A DNA stretch of 61,399 nt, counting the filler. It is 5 parts of 5 records of this genome, joined end to end, with 100 filler letters (N's around TTAATTAATTAA, not from the genome) between each part and the next. Parts side by side here need not be neighbours in the genome. Positions count along the whole stretch, not along the records: positions 44,298 to 55,793 come from SRR2962707_1672; positions 55,894 to 61,399 come from SRR2962707_1693; 3 more parts are not named here. One strand, written 5' to 3'. The notes beneath the pieces are model-generated. The model made no database searches, was not told the origin of the DNA, and worked only from the letters and a program-made list of their open reading frames with translations. The translations under genes and the position numbers were made by a program. Each line of letters begins with the position of its first letter. The stretch's first letter is position 1. Positions 53,107 through 61,399 of this stretch are shown piece after piece.

Positions 53107-53961
53107 ATGAAATTTTTATCCCACTTCAGGTTTTCTAAAAGCCAAAGAAGTGGGATATTTTTTTTAATATTAATTGTAGTTGGGATTCAATTTCTAACAG
53201 TAGGTTGGGGTGTTTTTAAAATAGAAAGAAGTATTTCTGCTAAAAAGGTGTCGATTGTTACTGAAAATAACGTTGAGCAAAAGTTTCAACATTATAAGTT
53301 TAATCCAAATTATTTAACCGATTTTAAAGGATATTCTTTAGGTTTATCTACTGAAGAAATAAATGCTTTGTTTGAATATAGAGAAGCTGGAGATTTTGTA
53401 AACTCTTCATTAGAATTTCAAAAAGTAACTGGTGTGTCAGATTCTTTGTTGAAAACCATCGATCCTTATTTTAAATTTCCTGAGTTTAAAACCCTTCCGC
53501 AGAAAACAATAATTAAAAAACATTTTGAAAAGGCAGATGTTAATCTAGCTAATCCTAAAGATTTTGAGAATGTATATGGGATAGGAGAAAAATTGGGGTT
53601 GAGAATTGTAAAATACCGAGATTTATTAGGAGGATTTTACTTTAAAGACCAACTTAATGAGGTTTATGGTTTAGATGAAGCAACTGTAAAGCAAGTATGG
53701 AAATTATTTGACATTAAAAAGTTGCCCAATTTTAAAAAACTAGATGTAAATCAGGCTACTGTTAAGGAGTTAAATAATCTCCCATATATAGACTGGGAGT
53801 TAGCTAAAAAAATTGTATCTTATAGAAGCGCCCATTTAAAAATCAATTCAATTGATGAATTAACAAAAATTGAGGATTTTCCTTCAGATAAATTAAATAG
53901 AATTGAATTATATTTGGCAGCTGAATCTACTCTCTCGAGACAAATTCAACAGAACAAGTAA
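53107..53961 (+). CDS. ComEA-like helix-hairpin-helix protein
   Basis: One TM, DVNLAN..VYGIGEKLGLRIVKYR, LDVNQAT. Confidence 0.85.
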   Translation: MKFLSHFRFSKSQRSGIFFLILIVVGIQFLTVGWGVFKIERSISAKKVSIVTENNVEQKFQHYKFNPNYLTDFKGYSLGLSTEEINALFEYREAGDFVNSSLEFQKVTGVSDSLLKTIDPYFKFPEFKTLPQKTIIKKHFEKADVNLANPKDFENVYGIGEKLGLRIVKYRDLLGGFYFKDQLNEVYGLDEATVKQVWKLFDIKKLPNFKKLDVNQATVKELNNLPYIDWELAKKIVSYRSAHLKINSIDELTKIEDFPSDKLNRIELYLAAESTLSRQIQQNK

Positions 53962-54024
53962 TACTAATAACTATCTCGGTACTCCTGAGAAATTAAACCC
54001 AACTATTGGGATTAGAACGAACGA

Positions 54025-55188
54025 ATGGAATTGGACATAGCGGCACAAATGAATTTTGATTATACAGAAACACAGCAATTAGTTGCAAATTCGGCTAAAG
54101 AGTTTGCGGAGCAATACATAAGACCTTATGTAATGGAATGGGATGAATCTCAAACTTTTCCAATTGAAGTTTTTAAAAAAGCTGGAGAATTAGGTTTTAT
54201 GGGGGTTTTAGTACCAGAAACTTATGGAGGTTCTGGACTTGGATACCATGAATATATTGCTATTCTAGATGAAATTTCTAAGGTGGATCCTTCTATTGGT
54301 TTATCGGTTGCTGCACACAATTCGCTTTGTACTAATCATATTTTAACTTTTGGGAATGAAGAACAGAAGCAAAGATGGTTGCCTAAATTGGCTACAGCCG
54401 AATGGATTGGCGCTTGGGGGCTTACTGAGCACAATACAGGTTCGGATGCTGGGGGGATGAGTACTACGGCAGTAAAGGATGGAGATGAATGGGTTATTAA
54501 TGGCGCAAAAAACTTTATTACCCATGGAAAAAGCGGAGATGTAGCTGTAGTTATTGTGAGAACTGGAGAAAAAGGAGATTCTCATGGAATGACAGCTTTT
54601 GTGGTGGAAAAAGGAACTCCAGGTTTTTCTAGTGGAAAAAAAGAAGATAAATTAGGAATGAGAGCCAGTGAAACTGCTGAACTTGTATTTTCTGATTGTA
54701 GAATTCCAGATGCAAATCGTTTAGGAGAAGTAGGAGATGGATTTATTCAGTCCATGAAGATTCTAGATGGCGGTCGTATTTCTATTGGAGCACTTTCCTT
54801 AGGAGTTGCAAAAGGAGCTTATGAAGCAGCTTTGAAATATTCAAAAGAAAGAGTTCAGTTTGGAAAGCCAATTTCGGAGTTTCAGGGAATTTCTTTTAAA
54901 CTGGCAGATATGGCTACCGATATTGAAGCGTCTGAATTATTATTGCACAAAGCAGCCTTCGAAAAAAATGCAGGTAGAAAAATGACCAAGTTAAGCGCAA
55001 TGTGTAAAATGTTTGCGTCAGAAGCTTGTGTTAGAATAGCTAATGAAGCAGTTCAGATTCATGGTGGATATGGATATACAAAAGATTTTCCTGTAGAGAA
55101 GTTTTACAGAGATTCTAAGTTGTGTACTATAGGAGAAGGAACCACCGAGATTCAAAAAGTAGTTATTTCCCGTCATCTTTTAAAATAA
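54025..55188 (+). CDS. Acyl-CoA dehydrogenase
   Basis: GLTEHNTGSDA, KLGMRAS, QIHGGYGY, IGEGTTEIQ; start may be 54049. Confidence 0.95.
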   Translation: MELDIAAQMNFDYTETQQLVANSAKEFAEQYIRPYVMEWDESQTFPIEVFKKAGELGFMGVLVPETYGGSGLGYHEYIAILDEISKVDPSIGLSVAAHNSLCTNHILTFGNEEQKQRWLPKLATAEWIGAWGLTEHNTGSDAGGMSTTAVKDGDEWVINGAKNFITHGKSGDVAVVIVRTGEKGDSHGMTAFVVEKGTPGFSSGKKEDKLGMRASETAELVFSDCRIPDANRLGEVGDGFIQSMKILDGGRISIGALSLGVAKGAYEAALKYSKERVQFGKPISEFQGISFKLADMATDIEASELLLHKAAFEKNAGRKMTKLSAMCKMFASEACVRIANEAVQIHGGYGYTKDFPVEKFYRDSKLCTIGEGTTEIQKVVISRHLLK

Positions 55189-55260
55189 GTTTTTGTTTAA
55201 CTCCGTCCTAAACGTTTGTCATAAATCTTTTAGAAGCTTTCTATAGTTATGTTTAGAGCG

Positions 55261-55768
55261 TTGTTACCATTAATTTGAAAAAATGAACAAACTAACAATA
55301 ATTATACTTCTGATTTTAGTAATTTCTAGTTGTACAGATATTAATCAAACTGAAAATAGGATTGCGGAAATGGAAAATTTGCGTACTGAAAATGATAGTC
55401 TGAAGAAAATTGTAGCGGAAATTAAAAATAAATATGTTTTTGACAGTATCTGTATGAGAGATATTCCTTCTTATAAAAACTCATATGAAGTTAATTCAAA
55501 TTTTAAAGGAGAAATAGTTTTTGTTGGTTACAACAATGATATTCAAAATACAAATGTTATAATTATTGATAGTATTACATATAACCCAAAGAAACTCTTT
55601 AATCCTGATACGCTTAAATTAAAAAATGGTGGATTTCATTACGAATTGAAAATGGATTCTGAAAGAGTTTATTGGAAAGCTGCAATTCAGACTAAACACA
55701 AATACGGAAAAGAGTATCAAGGAATTTTAATGAACGCTGTCCAAGCGAAAAAAAACTAATGGTAACAA
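55261..55768. repeat. 12-bp perfect inverted repeat framing one ORF
   Basis: TTGTTACCATTA (55261-55272) and TAATGGTAACAA (55757-55768). Confidence 0.75.
55283..55759 (+). CDS. Hypothetical lipoprotein
   Basis: Signal peptide with ISSC lipobox, short coiled coil; no recognised family. Confidence 0.75.
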   Translation: MNKLTIIILLILVISSCTDINQTENRIAEMENLRTENDSLKKIVAEIKNKYVFDSICMRDIPSYKNSYEVNSNFKGEIVFVGYNNDIQNTNVIIIDSITYNPKKLFNPDTLKLKNGGFHYELKMDSERVYWKAAIQTKHKYGKEYQGILMNAVQAKKN

Positions 55769-55793
55769 AGAACTGAGTTAAAAAACAAGTTTT

Positions 55794-55893
55794 NNNNNNN
55801 NNNNNNNNNNNNNNNNNNNNNNNNNNNNNNNNNNNNNTTAATTAATTAANNNNNNNNNNNNNNNNNNNNNNNNNNNNNNNNNNNNNNNNNNNN
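55794..55893. other. Artificial contig spacer
   Basis: N run containing TTAATTAATTAA. Confidence 0.99.
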
Positions 55894-55902
55894 TACGTAC
55901 AT

Positions 55903-55922
55903 TACATACATACATACATACA
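55903..55922. repeat. (TACA)5 microsatellite
   Basis: Read directly at the contig start. Confidence 0.85.
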
Positions 55923-56056
55923 TTACATGCGTACGGTTGCGAACGAAACAAAACCGAGGAGCGAGAGAGTGAAAATACGATAATCCGTTTGAAAGAAAAG
56001 TGCCGTTTTGGGCGGGCATCGTTCGATTATTCAGAAGCACCCGAAAGCCCGTTGCC

Positions 56057-58520
56057 ATGTCTTCTGCTGCTGCAGATCAGCCGGTCGCTAGGGAAGCTCC
56101 TTTTGGAGAGTGGGAAAGCCCGATCACTGCAGAGCTGATTACAGCGTCGGCAGTTGGTATTCGCACGCTTGCGTCCGCCGCAGGGCGGCTGTTCTGGTTG
56201 GAGTCGCGGCCGGAGGAAGGAGGTCGCTATGTTGTGGTTTCTTATGACCCGTCGTCACCAAACGCAAGCGAGCGAGGTGGAGTCGATGTCATTCCCGCAG
56301 ATCATAATGCCAGGACGCGTGTGCACGAGTATGGAGGCGGGGAATTTCTCGTTGCCCCTGACGGCAGTGTAATCTACAGCAACTTCAAAGACCAGCGATT
56401 GTACCGGGCACGGAGTGCAACGGAAGTCCAAGAACTCACGCCAAAGTCGGCTTTTGAGCCAGATGGCCTGTTCCGCTTTGCCGACGCCGTTCTTGATCTA
56501 CCGCGCAATCGGTTGATATGCGTGCGGGAAGACCACACGAAACCAAGGCCTGCCGAGGTTCAAAATACAATCGTAGCTATTGCTCTTGACGGCACAGGTG
56601 CAACAACCGTAATCGCTGAGGGATCCGACTTCTATAGTGCACCACGCCTTTCGCCAGATGGGTCAACGCTTGCTTTTGTGTCGTGGAACCACCCACATAT
56701 GCCATGGGATGCGACGGCACTGAATGTTGTACGTCTCGATGAGACCGGTATTCCAACGAGTGAGCCCGTGACTGTTGCCGGCGGCTGCGAGGCTGAAATT
56801 GAGGAGGTTTCCGTCATGCAGCCCGCTTGGTCTCCAGCTGGCGAGTTATACTTCGTGTCAGACGAAAGTGGATGGTGGAATATTTTCAAAGTCCCAAAGA
56901 TGCTGTCAGCACAACCAGAATCCAATCTCCATGATTGGCGGGCAGCGGCAGCGAATATTCTGCGCCGAGATGCTGACTTCTGTGGCTGGTCGGCTGGATG
57001 GCTGTTAGGTCAGCAAGGATACGCGTTTACAAACGAAGGACATATCGTCACTGCCCAGGGTGGGCACACGCTCATGATACTTGCGCCTGATGGGAAAATT
57101 GTAAGCGAAGCAACGCATTCCAATGGGTTACCACCCGCTTTTGGATCTCTGACAGTCGGTCGCGGAGACGAACTTTTCTTCATTGGGACGAGTCCCACAG
57201 CACCCACTGCGATTTTCAGTTGGTCTGTCGCCGGGGATACTCCTGCAAAGAAACTTGCCAGTTGCATGAAAGCCTCTTCGTTGATACCTCGCCGGTACGT
57301 GTCGTATCCAAAAGCTATTACCTTCCCGACAAAGGCTTTACCTGGTTCCGACATCGATATTGCACACGGGAATCTGTATGAACCCTGCAATGGGGACTAT
57401 ACTGCCCCAAAAGGCACACTACCTCCGTTGTTAGTGAAAGCTCACGGCGGTCCTACATCCCGAGCGCGCACTTCTTTTAATCCTGGAATTCAAGTGCGTA
57501 GTGTTGCCATGCGATTCTGTTTTTTTTATGTGTGCGCTTGCGCGCTTGCGCGTTTCGCCTAGCGCAAGGCTGAATCACTATCAGCGAACGTCGTTTTTTG
57601 CCGTGGCCACTGTGACGTTGTCTAAAATGTAATGAGTGTGTCTGCTGGATGAACTACGGCATTCATGCTAGTTTTGGACAAGTCGCGGCTTTGCGGTTTT
57701 GGATGTTGACTATCGGGGCTCGAGTGGCTACGGCACTGCATACCGCCGCGAACTTCGTGGGCATTGGGGAATTTGTGACATTGACGATGTCTGTTTTGGA
57801 GCTAAATATCTTGTCGACCAGCGTCTTGTTGACGGTGCTCGTCTCGCCATCGATGGTGGCTCTGCTGGTGGGTACACAACACTTGGCGCCCTTGCGTTCC
57901 GAAACGTCTTTTCTGCTGGTTGCAGTTTGTACGGTGTTGCGGATCTCGGAGCACTTGCTGCTGACACCCACAAATTCGAATCACGGTATTTGGACAAGCT
58001 GGTGGGACGCTGGCCTGAAGACAAGGGGATCTATGATGAGCGGGCTCCAATCAATTCCTGCGATACTCTTTCATGTCCAGTGTTGCTATTGCAGGTTTGT
58101 TGCGAGATCTTTTCCCTTTTTGAACAAAAATGGCTCTTTGTCCTCGTATTTTGAACCGCTCACGAATCCAGTTTTCTTGGTGCATAGGGTGACGAGGACA
58201 AAATTGTCCCTCCGAATCAAGCAGAACGCATGTATGCTGCACTGAAAGCGAAACGTATTCCTTGTGCTCTGAAAGTGTATGTCGGTGAACAGCATGGGTT
58301 TCGCAAAGCCGAAAATATTCAGGTGCGTACCGGCAGTTGCACTCTATTGCTTGCTGTCGCTGTCTCCATCTATGACGCAGCAGGGACCATGATTCACTGA
58401 TGCATTGCACTTGCTACCGCGAAGGATGCGCTGAATGCGGAACTCTACTTTTACGGACGTGTGTTTGGGTTTTCACCACCTGGTGACTACGAAGGGTTCT
58501 CAATCGACAACCTGGATTGA
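56057..58520 (+). CDS. Eukaryotic S9-family serine peptidase; exons 56057-57493, 57672-58094, 58188-58322, 58425-58520
   Basis: HGGPT, GGSAGG, DKIVPP, HGFR triad restored in frame by three GT-AG introns; GCCATG start. Confidence 0.88.
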
Positions 58521-58622
58521 CGCCTGACTCAACACGACCCAACGGAAAGACACTCTTCCGTGTGCAGAAAGTGTGTGAGAGGCGAACATGCCACTTCAAC
58601 TGATTTTACTACAATTATTATT

Positions 58623-60970
58623 TTAAAATTGAAAGTGTTTTGGAGGATGTTCGCGCTTTCCGCGTCTGGATCCGGGAGGCGACTAGTGTCGATGATATCA
58701 ATACAACAACATCCATACATGTGTTCATAAAACAGGCAGAGAAATTTTGAACGTAATTTCTGTGGCACACGCAAGTAGGCACCATTTCGTCTCCACAAAT
58801 TTGACTTCCGGCACCCCCAAAACGTACGTGGGTAACCTCGCCCCGAGTCGCAGACACTTTGCTTGCAGGAGAGTTTTTGTTGAAATTTGCGGATGACGCC
58901 GCTGCCGCCCTCTGCGCAGCAGGCGAGATTGGATGCACCAGCCCACGTGCACGCTCTGCGCTACGTGGTCTTGCAACACGATCCATGGACAAGTTCCTGT
59001 ACACACAGGCAAGGTTGGCTCCCAATCAGACACGTGTGACGACACAACAACCGCATTCGACGCTGGCAATTCTTCCAAAATTTCAATACGTACTGCGGCC
59101 GTTGGGGTCTGTGAGAAGCCCGGCTTTGATTCGCTCCATTGGTGGATGCCATGTCATACTCCACCATATCATCGTCCTTGGGAGTCGCTGAACGAAGAAG
59201 CTGGGCATGCTTGACGGCCTCTGGAAAGTCTTTAGTGCCAGGCAATGCCCCCTGCGTTGGGATTTGTGCAGGATTGGAAAGCCGGTCAACCGATAGCCTG
59301 GAATGAAGTGAGTCAGTCACGTCCGTGCGAGTATTGGATTGCGACACAGATTGTAGATGGTGGAGATGAGGGTTTTTCTCGATATATCCTCGCGAAGAAG
59401 TAGCTGCTTGTGATGAAGTTGCTTCCACTTGACGTCGTATCGCGTTGGAGGCATCGGCGAGCGTCTGTAGGTGTTCATCATTAACTGTTCTTTGTGAAGT
59501 GGAAACATCAGTCGTAATCGCAGCGCCGGAGGATGCCTCCAAGGGAAGGTAGGTTCGAGCAAGCGGCTTTTGTCGAACTGGTCTGGCACTTGGACGCTTA
59601 GTCCTTTGCCGTCGTTGTGCCGCAGATCTGTGAAGTAATGCTTTCGCGTTTTGAGCTTCGTCGTCAATTTCCGCATCCGACGACGATGTTGACCACATTC
59701 CATCGCTTTCATCCCCCATGGAGGAAAACGAAGCGTCTAAGGACGAGAGGCTCCCAACACCTTTCGTGTGCAGTGAACTCAGTGGTGGCAGCTTTTTAGG
59801 CGGTGGGCGTGCTCGGACACCTCTATTTCGGGAAACAGCTGCGGCAAGCGCACCTGTGCGCTGATGCTGACGTGCGTCACCAACAGGCGCGGAAACTAGC
59901 TGACTTGACCCCGCTGTGCCGACTGGACGGATACATTGACGTGAGCTTGCTGCTGCACTGGTGGCAGCTTGTTCAAGTCGACGCGGTTGACCGTGAGGTC
60001 TTGATGGCACTGCAGAATTTGAAGCGTTCGTGTTTTGGGACAAGCGCCGCCGTGCCGGCTGAGCCGAATATTTGGTGACCTGGTCATGCACAGCGGTTGG
60101 GGTTGGTCGCGACAGCTGTTGAACTTGATGCGCTGGAATACGAGCGCCAAGCGCAGGTTTGGGAACTTGGTAAACCGAGCCGAGATTCGCAGATTTGCTT
60201 TCTACGTGATTTCGAAGAGCGCGCAGCCGTTGAGCTTGCAGTTCCTGCTCTTGCTGTTGTTTCTTGGCAAGCTCCATTTCATGGCGTGCAACTATATGAG
60301 GGGGTGGGGGTGCTGCTGGCGGTCTTGGCGCTCGCCTGACACGCGATTCTGTATTCGACGCTCGTGGCGGAGCCCGCAGTCCATTCCCTACGGATTTGGA
60401 ATGTCGATGCCGAGCAAGTTCGAGTGACGCACTTGCAGACATCGTGGGCTGACTGTATTTTCGCCGCAGGTTTGAACCGCCCATCGATTGGGCATGTTGG
60501 TGCTGGTGAAATTGCCTTTGCATGTCAGCGAGATTCGTCCCAGCGAAGTCGCCATCAGAGACATCCTCCTGTGAATCACCACCTGTTTTCTGCGCTTGCG
60601 ATTGCACCTGTTTTTGAGAGTCAAAATCCAGGTTGCGGGCGCTCGACATCATGCTCTTGTTCTTGAACTGCCGTAGATCGTCAATCGAGCCGGCTTGGAG
60701 ACTCAGCCCTGCCATCCCACCCACGCTCGATTGGGCGACAGCTGTGGATAGCAGCATCATCGACTCTCGCATGTTGCGCAATTCATTTTCCAGCTGCTGT
60801 CGGTGCTGTTGCTCGTCTTCCAATTTTTGTAGAATGAGGTTCAGGGACTTTTCTTCGCGGGTGGACGAACGGGTCCCAGCTTTACGCCCTGAGGACTTCA
60901 TGGCGGTCCACACTGGGTTCAGTTTAAGTGATCGCCATTCGTGCCTGCTCCATTTGAACTGACTTGCAGT
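58623..60970 (-). CDS. Eukaryotic low-complexity/coiled-coil hypothetical protein; 5' exons unresolved
   Basis: About 1.9-kb open frame rich in S/Q/R/A/P; GTACGT..AG introns at 59093-58997 and probably 58827-58683 join frames. Confidence 0.55.
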
Positions 60971-61373
60971 CTGTTGGGTCAGAAGCTGGCCTTCCTACTT
61001 CTCAGTGTTTTCGTTTCGTCTTGTTGTTTTGTTTTCCTGCTCCCACTGCCCAGAAAGAGACTCACCCACCCAAGATCCACCTGCTTCAACACGTCCAACG
61101 CACTTCAAAACAAAAATTACCCAGCTCCCACCACACCACGAAGAAGCCGCGAGGGTACTTCTCGATCACCGCACCTGATTCACAGTGAGTGCCGGGTGAA
61201 AGGGCCCACCTGCCGTCACTTTCAAAATTAATTAGCGTTGAGACGGCGTAATAAGCCGCAGCTGCATACGCACACGCACACGAGCTACGTACTCCCGAGA
61301 CTGCTCAAGTAACTAAGTGCTCTCTGCGTTCGTGCGTGTGTGTTGTGGGTGTGCGTTTCGTGTGCCTACAAGC

Positions 61374-61399
61374 TGTGTGTGTGTGTGTGTGTGTGTGTG
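61374..61399. repeat. (TG)13 microsatellite
   Basis: Read directly at the window end. Confidence 0.95.

Noticed and set aside
55201-55260. dif-like site upstream of the cassette-like gene (TTATGTTTAGA resembles an XerD arm)
   Set aside because: No matching XerC arm at 6-bp spacing; AT-rich DNA makes a chance match likely.
27146-55893. Recurring TTAATTAATTAA motif and apparent gene neighbourhoods across it
   Set aside because: Identical 100-nt N-padded linker with stops in all frames; composition shifts at the joins show unrelated contigs.
57494-58424. Frameshifted bacterial peptidase pseudogene or stop-codon recoding
   Set aside because: Interruptions have GT..AG ends and their removal restores a continuous frame, so they are spliceosomal introns.
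1-61399. CRISPR array or cas/defence genes
   Set aside because: No regularly spaced 25-45 bp repeats and no recognisable cas, RT or nuclease motifs seen by eye.

Overview
The window is a concatenation of five unrelated contigs joined by 100-nt N/TTAATTAATTAA spacers, so links across spacers are meaningless. (1) 1-27145: a GC-rich, alphaproteobacterial-looking genomic island. It has an integrase/excisionase at the left, a tRNA(Arg-like) 3' end at the right, many IS110/IS3 scars, and a Wzx/Wzy polysaccharide locus for a dTDP-3-amino-3,6-dideoxyhexose with a GtrAB(C)-like add-on. (2) 27246-34575: alphaproteobacterial-looking DNA with TIGR04283/04282-like glycosyltransferases, DODA-DoxX-LysR, a fold-IV transaminase, acdR-acdS, a HAD hydrolase and moaB. 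(3) 34676-44197: znuCB-zur, sthA, a methyltransferase, a PAS-HWE kinase, TauE and cysN. (4) 44298-55793: AT-rich Flavobacteriaceae-like DNA with a trp attenuator, a MarR/nitroreductase/YceI set, redoxins, a K+ channel, an unusual AGCS transporter fusion, and an orphan gene framed like an integron cassette. (5) 55894-61399: eukaryotic DNA with two convergent intron-containing genes. Best leads: the cassette-like orphan at 55261-55793, and the ~310-nt hairpin array in front of an atypical tyrosine recombinase at 24709-26099. Also notable are the apparent decay-and-replacement of wzy and the N-acyltransferase, and the SprB/lipoyl-like AGCS fusion. All family assignments come from motif recognition by eye; no searches were run.
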